DNA of 62,748 nucleotides, the filler included, from Nitrospirota bacterium (GTDB lineage Bacteria > UBA2233): the NCBI GenBank assembly GCA_011620345.1. It is 3 parts of 3 records of this genome, joined end to end, with 100 filler letters (N's around TTAATTAATTAA, not from the genome) between each part and the next. Parts side by side here need not be neighbours in the genome. Positions count along the whole stretch, not along the records: positions 18,437 to 41,910 come from WOZJ01000036.1; 2 more parts are not named here. One strand, given 5' to 3'. Positions 18,438-28,474 of the stretch are shown here, piece by piece (within the stretch, counting starts at the first letter, position 1; every line of letters starts with the position of its first letter). The position numbers and the translations under genes were made by a program. Under the pieces are notes generated by a model that did no database searches, was not told where the DNA came from, and worked only from the letters and a program-made list of their open reading frames with translations.

Positions 18438-21400
18438 AAGGAGAAGCTTCCCAGCAGTAAGCACGAATGGAGCCACACGCTCTATGCCTTCTTGTACAAC
18501 AACCAGCTCGTCGCCGACGCGCTCAAAGAACTGTACGGCGCCGACCAGGGTTACCGCGAGCCGCAGTACCGAGAATCGGCGCTGTTCGCCGCGAAGTTCA
18601 CGATGACCGGTCAACTGGTGGAGAACAGTTTCGTGCTCTCCAGCGAGGCTTGGTTCCTCGGGCGGGCGCTGGCGAAAAAGGACTGGACGCGCGGATTCGA
18701 GGACGATCAACGGGTCGCCGCCGAGCAGGCCCTAACGCAACTTCAAGGCCAGGTGTCCGGCGATGCACTGCGGGACTTCACCCTGTGGGTGCTGCAGTTC
18801 CTAGGCGTAGCGGACTTCTTCGCTGCCGTGGATCGCCCCCCGCTACTGCGATTCCGTTCCCAACCCGTCAACCCTGGCAAGCACGCATCGGAGGACGATC
18901 CGCTCAACAGCTTTCTGATCGAAGACCTGGCCGCCGTCGCCGACAGCATCGGCAAGGGTGTGACGAGCGAAGCGCTGAACCAATACCTGCTCCGCCACGA
19001 TCCGCAATCGCGCCTGCACATCGACACCGACGTCGCTTCCGGGTCGCTGATCGAGCGGCTGATGCCGCAGGCCTATGCCGATAGTTGTTGGCCTTCCGAG
19101 CAGCACCTGGGGCTTGTGCATTCCCAGCAACTGGCCGTGAACACCGTTTTGTCCACGCTTGCCGGTGGACAGGGGCTGCTGGGGGTCAATGGCCCGCCAG
19201 GCACAGGCAAGACGACTCTGCTACGCGACTTGATCGCCGCCATCATCACCAGCCGGGCCGACGTGCTTGCCACGCTGCGCCGCGCATCCGACGGCTTCGC
19301 CAGCAACGCACTCGAAGTCAGCAACGATGGCGGCAAGGAGCAGAAGGCCTTCAAGCTCAATCCTTCGCTGTACGGCTTCGAGATCGTGGTTGCTTCATCC
19401 AACAACGGCGCCGTGGAGAACATCACCCTCGAACTGCCCCAGCGCGACAAGATCGATGAGAGCTGGCTGCCCGAGGCCGAACACTTCGCCGACCTGGGTG
19501 AGCTGATCGCCGATAGACCGGCCTGGGGTCTGATCTCCGGTGCGCTGGGCAACAAGAGTAACCGTAGCAAGTTTGTGCAATGCTACTTCGACGGGAAGCG
19601 CCCATTTGCCGGACCGGGCCGTGCGGACAGCAACGCAGAAGCCAACGATGAGGCCGAGACTGACGACGAGAATGTCGCCAAGGCCCTGTTTGCTGGCCAG
19701 GCGACTGCGGCCGAGACCGATGGCGAACAAGCGCTTGCGCAGCAGCAACAACAAAAGAAAACGCCGGAAGGCATGATGGCATGGCTCGACAGGCACATCC
19801 TGCTCAACAAGGAGCGCACGTCGGAACAACGTCAGGCCCTGTGGCAGCAGGCTGTTTCCGAGTACGAGGCGGCCAAGGCACAGGTTCGCGCGGCATGCGC
19901 CGATGCCTACCGCGTTCGAGCACTGGTCCAGACTCTGGAAACTACCAGAAAGAAGTTCGCCGAAACGGCCGCAACCATGCAGGCGCTTGAACAGCACCTA
20001 ACGCACATGCCGGAACAGCAGGCGCGCCTGGACGCCGAGGAATGCCGCCTAGCCAACGCGGCATTTAAGCATGCTCTGGAGGCGCTCGCACAGCACCAGG
20101 CCACCAAGCCGGGGTTCTGGGCGAACTTGTGCAGCCTTTGGGGGGCGTCACGCGCTTGGAACGCTGCGCTGAAGCAGCTCCAAGACCGGTACGACATCGC
20201 CAAGGCCGAGTTCGATCGGGTCGTACGGCTCTCCAAGCAGTTCGAGGACTCCGGCCAGCAATTGGAGCGGCAGATCGCCGGCGCGCGGCAGGCGTTGCAG
20301 CGATGGCAGGCGGAAGATCAATCCCTGACGCAACAAGCCAGCGATTTGGCCAGCGCCTGCCGGGCCGACCACCTGCTGGCATGGCTACGCGGCGGCGTCA
20401 TCGGTCGCGGCGACGCCATCGAACTGGCCGAGCCCTGGCACATCGAGGGTTGGCGACAGGCCCGTGCGCGCGTCTTCATCCAGGCCCTGAAGCTGCATCG
20501 GACGTTCTTTGAGCTGGAGGCGGCACGGATGCGCTCCAACCTGTCCCTGATCAACACGATGCTGACCGGCCAGCGCCTGCAGGGACTCTCGGGCGATGCG
20601 ATTCGCTCGGTTTGGGCCTCGTTATTCATGGTTGTGCCGGTACTCAGCAGCACCTTCGCCTCATTCGCGCGCTCGTTCCACTCATTGGGCCCGGGAGAGA
20701 TCGGCTGGCTGTTGGTGGATGAAGCCGGACAGGCTCCCCCGCAAGCGGCGGTGGGCGCACTGTGGCGCTCCAGGCGCGCGCTGCTGGTGGGCGACCCCCT
20801 GCAACTCAAGCCCATTGTCACCGTGTCCGACGCGGTGCTGGAACACATGCGCACGCACTACCGCGTCGATGCGCATTGGCTCCCCAATAGACAGTCCGCG
20901 CAGACCTTGGCGGACCAGGCTACGACGTGGGGCCGCATGGCGGGACCGGTCGGCAGCAAGACGTGGGTGGGTTTGCCCTTGGTCGTGCATCGGCGCTGCG
21001 ACAAACCGATGTATGAGCTGGCCAACCGCATCGCCTACGACGGCGCCATGGTGTACGGCACCGTCGCGCCGCGCGCCGATAAGGAAACGTGCGCCCGTCT
21101 GCCGACGGGATGGATCCACGTCAGCGGAACATCCGACGGGAACTGGGTGCAGGCCGAAGGAGATGCCCTGAAGGCACTGCTCGCCCTGCTGGGCGAGGAT
21201 GGCGTGGATGGGGCCGACATCTCGGTCATCACGCCCTTCAAGGCTGTCCAGGAAAACCTCAAGCGCCTGCTCGGCAACACGATGGTTTCCGGAACCATCC
21301 ACACCATGCAGGGCAAGGAGGCACCGATCGTCATCATGGTGCTGGGCGGCAATACCGAAGGTTCCGGCGCACGCGATTGGGCAGTCTCGGAGCCCAACCT

Positions 21401-21524
21401 GTTGAACGTGGCGGCAACGCGGGCCAAGCGCCGCTTCTACGTGATCGGCGACCGGAACGACTGGCAGAAGCGCGCTCTGTTCTGCGATGTCATGGACCTC
21501 TTGCCGCTCCAGCGCCTTCCCTAG
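18438..21524 (+). CDS. SF1 DNA2/NAM7(UPF1)-like helicase with coiled-coil insertion, 5' truncated
   Basis: GPPGTGKT, ASSNNGAVEN, DEAGQ, VGDPLQL, HRRC, GTIHTMQGKE, NLLNVAATRAK; frame open from the contig start. Confidence 0.9.
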   Translation, partial: KEKLPSSKHEWSHTLYAFLYNNQLVADALKELYGADQGYREPQYRESALFAAKFTMTGQLVENSFVLSSEAWFLGRALAKKDWTRGFEDDQRVAAEQALTQLQGQVSGDALRDFTLWVLQFLGVADFFAAVDRPPLLRFRSQPVNPGKHASEDDPLNSFLIEDLAAVADSIGKGVTSEALNQYLLRHDPQSRLHIDTDVASGSLIERLMPQAYADSCWPSEQHLGLVHSQQLAVNTVLSTLAGGQGLLGVNGPPGTGKTTLLRDLIAAIITSRADVLATLRRASDGFASNALEVSNDGGKEQKAFKLNPSLYGFEIVVASSNNGAVENITLELPQRDKIDESWLPEAEHFADLGELIADRPAWGLISGALGNKSNRSKFVQCYFDGKRPFAGPGRADSNAEANDEAETDDENVAKALFAGQATAAETDGEQALAQQQQQKKTPEGMMAWLDRHILLNKERTSEQRQALWQQAVSEYEAAKAQVRAACADAYRVRALVQTLETTRKKFAETAATMQALEQHLTHMPEQQARLDAEECRLANAAFKHALEALAQHQATKPGFWANLCSLWGASRAWNAALKQLQDRYDIAKAEFDRVVRLSKQFEDSGQQLERQIAGARQALQRWQAEDQSLTQQASDLASACRADHLLAWLRGGVIGRGDAIELAEPWHIEGWRQARARVFIQALKLHRTFFELEAARMRSNLSLINTMLTGQRLQGLSGDAIRSVWASLFMVVPVLSSTFASFARSFHSLGPGEIGWLLVDEAGQAPPQAAVGALWRSRRALLVGDPLQLKPIVTVSDAVLEHMRTHYRVDAHWLPNRQSAQTLADQATTWGRMAGPVGSKTWVGLPLVVHRRCDKPMYELANRIAYDGAMVYGTVAPRADKETCARLPTGWIHVSGTSDGNWVQAEGDALKALLALLGEDGVDGADISVITPFKAVQENLKRLLGNTMVSGTIHTMQGKEAPIVIMVLGGNTEGSGARDWAVSEPNLLNVAATRAKRRFYVIGDRNDWQKRALFCDVMDLLPLQRLP

Positions 21525-21924
21525 CGCGAAGCTGGATTAGCGGCACAACCTTAGAGTCGCGTAGAGTCGCGCCAGAGGGCTGGGATCAGTCCGAGCGCTG
21601 GCCGTAGTACACTGATTGCCCGGAGGTAAGCGAAGCACGCAGCGCCGCAAGCGTCGTGATCGACACGCCCAGCGCCTACGCGGCATCGCCTATGCCTAAT
21701 AATCTTTCCATTTAGGCCTGCCTGGATTGCTCTCGATGGAAGGCGTTTCATGCCGAAAGGGCTCTGATTTGTGGTGAATCCTTGCTATAATGTGGGCTCA
21801 GAGGGCCAAAGGCTTGAGGTTTTTTGGCACGGTGCCGTGATGCTATTTGACCGTCGACGCCCTCTGGGCTTTAAAGGCGCGTTTTTTGACTTGATGCCTA
21901 TAACCAACGCATGGAGGGAAAGCC

Positions 21925-22179
21925 ATGGAACCTCGCGGACTGCTTGCGTACCTCATCATCGGGCTCATTGCCGGCTGGCTGGCTGGAAAAATTCTAGAGG
22001 GCCGTGGTTTTGGGCTTCTAGGGAACATCGTTGTGGGTATTGTGGGCGCCTTTATCGGAGGATTTTTGTTCGGAATTTTGGGTCTTTCAGCCTACGGGTT
22101 CATCGGCTCGGTCGTGATGGCGACCATCGGCGCGATCATCCTTTTGTATGTCGTTGGGATAGTCGTCAAGAGGGGGTAG
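21925..22179 (+). CDS. GlsB/YeaQ/YmgE (transglycosylase-associated) stress membrane protein
   Basis: IIGLIAGWLA, GIVGAFIGG, ATIGAIILL. Confidence 0.92.
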   Translation: MEPRGLLAYLIIGLIAGWLAGKILEGRGFGLLGNIVVGIVGAFIGGFLFGILGLSAYGFIGSVVMATIGAIILLYVVGIVVKRG

Positions 22180-22261
22180 TGGAGCATGGGAAACGCTAGA
22201 AGGCTGTTTTTTGACCCTTTAAGGGTTTCATGAAGGGTAAAGACCTTAAGTATCGGAATCG

Positions 22262-23050
22262 ATGAGCATAGGGAGCACCCAAACGATGCGATTTTCAAGA
22301 AGCCACGCATTGATTATCGGTGGAAGCTCGGGGATAGGCCTCGAGACGGCAAAGAGGCTGATCGAGGCCAAAGTGTCCATCACAATCGTGGGTCGAAACC
22401 CAAAAAAGCTCGATGATGCCAAAAAAATCCTCGGCGACCCACAAACCCAAACGTTCTTGTGCGACCTTGCTCATCCCGACGAGCTGGATCGGCTTATTGA
22501 GCATATGCGGGACCATCTCCGCGATGTGGGATATCTTGTGAACGCGGCGGGGACATTCTTGCCAAAGGCCTTTTTAGAGCATACACAAGAGGACTACGAC
22601 GCCTATATGGACTTAAACCGGGCGATCTTTTTCATTACCCAGCAGGCGGCTAAGAATATGGAGTCCCATGGCGGAGGGGCCATAGTGAACGTGGGATCGA
22701 TGTGGGCCCATCAAGCAATCCAAGCCACCCCCTCCTCGGCCTATTCTATGGCCAAGGCTGGCCTCCATGCCTTAACCAGGAACCTGGCGATCGAGCTGGC
22801 CCCAAAAAAGATCCGGGTCAACGCCGTCGCCCCTGCCGTCGTGGAAACGCCCATTTACGCGGCTTTTATCCACCCCGACAAGATTCATGAGAGCCTTCAG
22901 GCCTTTAATACCCTACACCCCTTAGGAAGAGTTGGGCAGCCTCAAGATGTCTCCAGCGTGATCGCGTTCCTTCTTTCTGAAGAGGCAGGTTGGGTCACGG
23001 GTGCCGTATGGGACGTAGACGGCGGGGTCATGGCCGGGCGGACACTTTAA
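22262..23050 (+). CDS. Short-chain dehydrogenase/reductase
   Basis: GGSSGIG, NAAG, YSMAK, DGG. Confidence 0.92.
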   Translation: MSIGSTQTMRFSRSHALIIGGSSGIGLETAKRLIEAKVSITIVGRNPKKLDDAKKILGDPQTQTFLCDLAHPDELDRLIEHMRDHLRDVGYLVNAAGTFLPKAFLEHTQEDYDAYMDLNRAIFFITQQAAKNMESHGGGAIVNVGSMWAHQAIQATPSSAYSMAKAGLHALTRNLAIELAPKKIRVNAVAPAVVETPIYAAFIHPDKIHESLQAFNTLHPLGRVGQPQDVSSVIAFLLSEEAGWVTGAVWDVDGGVMAGRTL

Positions 23051-23072
23051 ACAACACGAAGGAGGGCGGGCG

Positions 23073-24107
23073 ATGAAGGCTCTTGTGTACCATGGGCCGG
23101 GGAAATACGGCTGGGAAGAAAAGCCGAGGCCTTCCATCCAGGAGCCGACCGATGCGATCGTCCGTATCACGCACACGACGATTTGCGGCACCGACCTGCA
23201 TATCCTCAAAGGAGACGTCCCGGCCGTACGGCCGGGACGTCTCCTAGGACATGAGGGCGTTGGCGTGATCGAAGAAGTTGGAGAGGAGGTTGAGGCCTTC
23301 AAGCCTGGTGAGCGCGTGCTTATCTCTTGCATCACATCCTGCGGACGGTGTGATTTTTGCAGGAAGAACATGTATGCACACTGCCGTAACGGCGGCTGGA
23401 TCTTGGGGCATTTGATCGATGGAACTCAAGCGGAATTTGTTCGTATACCGCAAGCGGACAACAGCCTTTATAAGCTGCCTCCAGGCCTCGATGAAGCCGT
23501 GGCGGTCATGCTTAGCGATATTCTTCCTACGGGCCACGAAATCGGCGTGCGCAACGGCGAAGTCAAGCTCGGCGATACTCTGGCCATCGTCGGCGCCGGG
23601 CCGATTGGCCTTGCCTGCCTTTTGACGGCGCACTTCTACTCTCCGGCCGAGATTATCATGGTCGATATTGACGAGAACCGGCTTGAGGTCGCAAGGAACC
23701 TTGGCGCCACGCAGGTAGTGCGTGAGGATCCTGTACGGCGGGTCCTCGAGCTGACGGAGAACGAGGGGGTTGACGTGGCTATCGAGGCTGTAGGCTTACC
23801 GGAGACCTTCGACATCTGCCAGAGTATCGTCAAGCCTGGAGGGCACATCGCCAACGTAGGCGTGCACGGTAAGCCCGTAGAGTTCCACATCGAGGCTTTG
23901 TGGATCAAGAACATCACGCTGCGAACCGGGCTTGTGAATACCGATACGATCCCGCTCTTGCTCAAGACCCTCAAAGCCGGACGCTTGGATCCCGGCCGGC
24001 TCGTCACGCATAGCCTAAAGCTTGATGAAATCGAGCGAGCCTACGCCGTGTTCGGGAATGCTGAGCGTGAGAAAGCGATCAAGATGCTGCTTGTGGCCGC
24101 CCATTAG
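23073..24107 (+). CDS. Zinc-dependent alcohol dehydrogenase (MDR family)
   Basis: ICGTDLH, GHEGVG, CGRCDFC..C, GAGPIG. Confidence 0.93.
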   Translation: MKALVYHGPGKYGWEEKPRPSIQEPTDAIVRITHTTICGTDLHILKGDVPAVRPGRLLGHEGVGVIEEVGEEVEAFKPGERVLISCITSCGRCDFCRKNMYAHCRNGGWILGHLIDGTQAEFVRIPQADNSLYKLPPGLDEAVAVMLSDILPTGHEIGVRNGEVKLGDTLAIVGAGPIGLACLLTAHFYSPAEIIMVDIDENRLEVARNLGATQVVREDPVRRVLELTENEGVDVAIEAVGLPETFDICQSIVKPGGHIANVGVHGKPVEFHIEALWIKNITLRTGLVNTDTIPLLLKTLKAGRLDPGRLVTHSLKLDEIERAYAVFGNAEREKAIKMLLVAAH

Positions 24108-24172
24108 CAGGCCTCTGAAGCCTTTTGGGGCGAGCGCCATCCTGGCGCGACCCTTAGGGCACTTTGCGAGGG

Positions 24173-24622
24173 TCAAGGCTTGAGCTTTTTTTGGGTCCAG
24201 ACGTCTAAAGACCAGGGGCCGGAGCCCGCGAGCAAAAGAAAGAGCGAGCCCAAAAGCATCGCATAGTCTGTCCTGGCCTCGTGGGCCATCTTGAAGAAGC
24301 CCCCTTCGATCAGGATTGGGATCTTGGTCGTGAGGATCGCAACCAGCATGTCGACGATGAGGGCAAGCGCCGCGAGGCGTGTCAGAAGACCGGCCAGCAT
24401 GAGGATGCCGCCGCCGACCTCAACCAGCCCTACGAAGGGAGCCGTAATTTCCGGGTAGGGGATGCCTATCTTGAGGAACCGGCCAACGCCCAGGGCATCC
24501 GGGTAGATGAACTTTTGGATTCCCTCCGAAAGGAACACCCCGCCGACCATCAGCCGGATGAGTAGGGCAGCGGCCGGTGCGTTCGTTCCAAAGAGTACCT
24601 CGAGCCACTTCGTGAACGTCAT
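24173..24622 (-). CDS. DoxX family membrane protein
   Basis: LIRLMVGGVFLSEGIQK, GLLTRLAA, GSGPWSLD. Confidence 0.9.
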   Translation of the reverse strand: MTFTKWLEVLFGTNAPAAALLIRLMVGGVFLSEGIQKFIYPDALGVGRFLKIGIPYPEITAPFVGLVEVGGGILMLAGLLTRLAALALIVDMLVAILTTKIPILIEGGFFKMAHEARTDYAMLLGSLFLLLAGSGPWSLDVWTQKKLKP

Positions 24623-25767
24623 TGCTCCTCCTCTTGGACGTAACGGAGGAAGTCTCGAATGATGGGGGAGAGTTGGGATTTTTCTAGCAAAAAGGCGTCG
24701 TGGCCGTAATCGGAGTTTACCTCGATAAACGAGATGTCCGCGCCGCGCCTTTTAAAGGCCTTGACGAGCGCCTTGGAGTCCTCGGGCGGAAAGAGCCAGT
24801 CCGAGCTGAACGCCGGAATCAGGACTTTTGGCCCCTTGCTCCAGTCGTATTGGGGAGCCTCCTCCCATTCCTGGAAGAAATCGAAGATGTCCATCGCCTT
24901 CGTGATGTAGAGGTAGGAGTTGGCGTCGAACCTCTCGACGAACGTCGTGCCCTGGTGATGAAGGTAGTCCTCGACGCTGAAGCTCGGCTCAAACCAGGAT
25001 TTACCCATCTGGATGGAGGGCTGCCTGCCGAACTTCTCGAGCATCGATGCCTTGGAAAGGTAGGTAATGTGGCCGATCATCCTGGCGGTGGCAAGCCCCC
25101 TGGCCGGAGGCTTGTGGCCGTAGTAATCCCCGCCCCGCCAGTTGGGGTCTGCCATGATGGCAAACCGCCCGACCTCGTCGAAGGCGATGTTTTGCGGGGA
25201 AAGCCTGCCCGTCGTGGCGCAAGGCACTATGCTTTGAACGAAATCATGAAAGTATACCCCCCAAAGGAGCGCCTGCATCCCTCCCATCGAGCCGCCGATC
25301 ACGCTTAGGACCTGCTCGACGCCTAAATGCTCCAGCAGCAGGCGTTGGGCGAAAACCATGTCTTTGACCGTGATCATGGGGAAAAGGATGCCGTAGGGCT
25401 TGCCAGTGTCGGGGTTGAGCGAGGAAGGGCCGGTCGAACCAGAGCAGCCCCCAAGAATGTTCGAGCATACGACGAAGTAGCGATCGGTATCGATCGCCTT
25501 CTTGGGGCCGACAACGAAATCCCACCAGCCAGGCCTTTTGTCGTGAGCCGTGTGATAGCCGGCCACGTGTGCGTCGCCAGACAACGCGTGTACGATGAGG
25601 ATGACGTTGTCCTTCGCTGCCGAGAGCTTGCCGTAGGTCTCGTAGGCGATCGTGACGTTCTTGATCTCTCCCCCTAAGGCAAGCCGAAACGGTAGCCTCT
25701 CTTGTTCGATTTCATAGGATAAAGTCCTGACGACCCCGACGGAGTCGGGTTTTGTTGTAACGTCCAC
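24619..25767 (-). CDS. metX: Homoserine O-acyltransferase
   Basis: HALSGD, GGSMGG nucleophile elbow, RFDANSY, GHDAFL. Confidence 0.95.
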   Translation of the reverse strand: MDVTTKPDSVGVVRTLSYEIEQERLPFRLALGGEIKNVTIAYETYGKLSAAKDNVILIVHALSGDAHVAGYHTAHDKRPGWWDFVVGPKKAIDTDRYFVVCSNILGGCSGSTGPSSLNPDTGKPYGILFPMITVKDMVFAQRLLLEHLGVEQVLSVIGGSMGGMQALLWGVYFHDFVQSIVPCATTGRLSPQNIAFDEVGRFAIMADPNWRGGDYYGHKPPARGLATARMIGHITYLSKASMLEKFGRQPSIQMGKSWFEPSFSVEDYLHHQGTTFVERFDANSYLYITKAMDIFDFFQEWEEAPQYDWSKGPKVLIPAFSSDWLFPPEDSKALVKAFKRRGADISFIEVNSDYGHDAFLLEKSQLSPIIRDFLRYVQEEEQ

Positions 25768-25770
25768 CGG

Positions 25771-26415
25771 TTACCTTTTCTTGGCGATGGCAAAAAGGCC
25801 TTCTTGGCCTAGCATGTTGGCAAAAAGCCCCGGGAGTCGGACTTCACGGTTTTGGACGAAGGTGCGCTTTTCTAGCACCCGGATGTCGGAGCGCTCAAGA
25901 AAGCCTTCGAACTGCTTGAATGTAACGGGATGGATGACGGAGGCGTTCCACCAGTCCTTGCCGTAGTCCATGCTGAAGCGCAGCTTCCCTTTGAACAGGA
26001 ACTCAAGCCGGATCGGCAGGTATCCCGCGTTTGCGAACGTAACGATGGCCACCTTGCCTACCCGGACCATCTCATGCAAGACGACCTCGGGCCGCTTGAG
26101 CAAGGGCAGCGTATCGAGCAACAAAACGACGTCGAAGCTCAAATCGGGGTAATCCTGAAGCCCTTCGTCGATGTCGCTCTGGTATACGCTAAGGCCGCGC
26201 TCGAAGCACTTCCTTGCCCCTTCCTCGGAGATCTCGATTCCGTGCGCCTTGGCCTGCCGGTATTTCTTGAGGAACCCCAAGAACCACCCATCGCCGCAGC
26301 CTAAATCCAGCACCTGCGCCCTTTGGGGAATCATTTCCACGATGCGCTTGTAGGATGAGGGTAGCTTGCCGTTCAGGAGGGCCTTAGACCGGGCTAAGGC
26401 CCCAAGGTGCTGCAT
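25771..26415 (-). CDS. metW: Methionine biosynthesis protein MetW
   Basis: VLDLGCGDG, DIDEGL; adjacent to metX. Confidence 0.9.
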   Translation of the reverse strand: MQHLGALARSKALLNGKLPSSYKRIVEMIPQRAQVLDLGCGDGWFLGFLKKYRQAKAHGIEISEEGARKCFERGLSVYQSDIDEGLQDYPDLSFDVVLLLDTLPLLKRPEVVLHEMVRVGKVAIVTFANAGYLPIRLEFLFKGKLRFSMDYGKDWWNASVIHPVTFKQFEGFLERSDIRVLEKRTFVQNREVRLPGLFANMLGQEGLFAIAKKR

Positions 26416-26521
26416 AGGCTTGCTCCTTGCCTTGTCTCGAGCGTTTGAGTTGACGCTCCTTAATCATTCATTATACTAAAAGCCCTAATACTCCTTCAAC
26501 GCAACCCTTGGTTCTATTTGG

Positions 26522-27595
26522 ATGCCAGCCCTAGACATAAGCCGCTTGTCTAACCACGCGCAAGGCCTGCTAAAGGCCGCTTACCGGGCCGGAAGGCTCC
26601 CGGGGGCCTGCATTTGGGTCGCAAACGCGGGCGAGCCGCCCTTTTTCATCTTCCATGGGTTTTCGCTTCTTTACAAAGACGCTCGCCGGTTTGCGGACGT
26701 TCCCGTTCGGCTGAGGCCGGATACGCTCTTCGACCTGGCCTCCTTGACCAAGCTCTATACCGCCCTCGGGGCCGCGCTCCTTATCGTCCAAGGCAAGCTC
26801 AGGCTCGAAGACACCTTAGACCAGGCCTTCGGGGTTTATACGGGCTTGGAGCCCGTCCGGTTGGCGCATCTTTTGAGCCATACCGCGGGTCTGGCCCCAT
26901 GGGTTCCTCTGTTTCAAAACCCGGAACACCTTGCAAACCCTTGGCCCTACCTCGCTGGCTTCCGAAACGGCCCCCCAGGGAAGGAGGCTTGCTATTCGGA
27001 CCTGGGATACATGCTGCTAGGCAGGTGGATCGAGCTTGCATCCGGCACGCCTCTGGATCAATTCCTTGCCAAGGCCGTTCTAGAGCCCCTTGGGCTTGGG
27101 GCCGCTTGCTTCAACCCCAAGTTTTCCCAAAGGCCCCTAATTGCGGCTAGCGAATGGCAGGCCGACCCCCCGAGGGGGATGGTCTGGGGCAGCGTGCACG
27201 ACGAAAACGCCTACGCCTTGGGCGGTGTCGCGGGCCATGCCGGACTGTTCGCGACGGCCGATGACGTCGGCAGGTTCGCGCTTGGGCTTATGGCGCTTCG
27301 CTCTGGCCCGCTTTTTCTGGCTAGGGAGCTCCTTTGGCGTTCCCGTCGAATCAGCCGGGAGCTTTCCGTGTCCAGCCTTGGGTTCGAGAAGGACAAGGCC
27401 TTCTACATGGGTAAGTTCGCTGATGTCGGGGCCTTTGGCCACACGGGGTTTACTGGAACGAGCCTGGTGATTGTTCCAAACGACGGGCTTTGCGTCGTTT
27501 TCTTGAGCAACCGCGTTCATCCTTCAAGAAACCGCGGCAAGATCAACGACTTAAGGGAGGCCCTGGCAAACCTGGTGTTTGAAAGCCTCCGTTAG
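26522..27595 (+). CDS. Serine hydrolase, beta-lactamase family
   Basis: FDLASLTK (SxxK), LLSHTAGL, YSD, VHDENA, GHTGFTG. Confidence 0.9.
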   Translation: MPALDISRLSNHAQGLLKAAYRAGRLPGACIWVANAGEPPFFIFHGFSLLYKDARRFADVPVRLRPDTLFDLASLTKLYTALGAALLIVQGKLRLEDTLDQAFGVYTGLEPVRLAHLLSHTAGLAPWVPLFQNPEHLANPWPYLAGFRNGPPGKEACYSDLGYMLLGRWIELASGTPLDQFLAKAVLEPLGLGAACFNPKFSQRPLIAASEWQADPPRGMVWGSVHDENAYALGGVAGHAGLFATADDVGRFALGLMALRSGPLFLARELLWRSRRISRELSVSSLGFEKDKAFYMGKFADVGAFGHTGFTGTSLVIVPNDGLCVVFLSNRVHPSRNRGKINDLREALANLVFESLR

Positions 27596-28281
27596 GCCGT
27601 CTCGATCTGGGCAACCAGGCCGTCTTCCATCCTCACGACCCGTTCTGCGAAGCTTGCTATTTTTGGGTCGTGTGTCACCAAAACGATCGCCTTGTTCGTG
27701 CCACGGGCCATCCCATCGAACAAGGCGAGTACCTCCTTGCCGGTTTTCGTATCGAGGTTGCCCGTGGGCTCGTCGGCCAGGACGACGACCGGGTCGTTGA
27801 CGAACGCGCGCGCGATGGCCACCCGCTGCATCTCGCCTCCGGAGAGCTCGTCCGGCCGGTGGCGTTTGCGTTCGGAGAGCCCTACCATTTCAAGCAGGCC
27901 ATCCACCTTGGCCTGGACGGCCTTGAGTGAGGCTCCGCCCAAAAGCAAAGGGAGCGCAACGTTCTCCTGCGCAGTAAGAGTGGGCAGGAGGTTGAAGAAC
28001 TGAAAGACGAACCCGAGCCTACGCCGCCGAAACAGCGTAAGTTCGGTATCGCTCATCGCCGTGACCGGCCTGCCTTCCAAAAACACCTCCCCTTGGGTTG
28101 GCGTATCCAGCCCGCCCAAGAGGTGCAACAGCGTCGATTTGCCGGAGCCCGAAGGGCCCATAATGGCGATCCGCTCGCCTTGCCGAACCTTTAGGCTCAC
28201 TCCCCTTAAGGCCTGAACCGTCCTTTTGCCCAAGTGGTAGCTTTTGACAACCTCTCGGACCTCCAAGGCGTCGTTTTTCAT
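27592..28281 (-). CDS. ABC transporter ATP-binding protein (LolD/MacB type)
   Basis: GPSGSGKS, GFVFQFFNL, LSGGE, LADEPTGNLD, VTHD. Confidence 0.93.
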   Translation of the reverse strand: MKNDALEVREVVKSYHLGKRTVQALRGVSLKVRQGERIAIMGPSGSGKSTLLHLLGGLDTPTQGEVFLEGRPVTAMSDTELTLFRRRRLGFVFQFFNLLPTLTAQENVALPLLLGGASLKAVQAKVDGLLEMVGLSERKRHRPDELSGGEMQRVAIARAFVNDPVVVLADEPTGNLDTKTGKEVLALFDGMARGTNKAIVLVTHDPKIASFAERVVRMEDGLVAQIETA

Positions 28282-28283
28282 GT

Positions 28284-28472
28284 TTACCATCTTCGAAACT
28301 GCACCAGGCCCTTTTCGAACCTTCGGAACATGAGCCCGAGCACCATAAGTCCCACGCCCAAAAGCAGGAACCCTAGCGCCAGAATATAGGCCAAAAGCTG
28401 GGGGTAGGCGAAGATCAGGGCAGCAAAGAGAACAAACAGAAGCCCCGTCGAGGCGATCGAGATGCTTACCAT
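28284..28472 (-). CDS. Small two-TM membrane protein
   Basis: Hydrophobic 62-aa ORF tightly packed between clpB and the ABC ATPase. Confidence 0.65.
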   Translation of the reverse strand: MVSISIASTGLLFVLFAALIFAYPQLLAYILALGFLLLGVGLMVLGLMFRRFEKGLVQFRRW

Positions 28473-28474
28473 GG

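Noticed and set aside
26416-26521. SAM riboswitch upstream of metW-metX
   Set aside because: The leader is short and lacks the SAM-I core motifs
26522-27595. Antibiotic-resistance beta-lactamase
   Set aside because: No signal peptide and esterase-like motifs (VHDENA, GHTGFTG); more likely a housekeeping serine hydrolase
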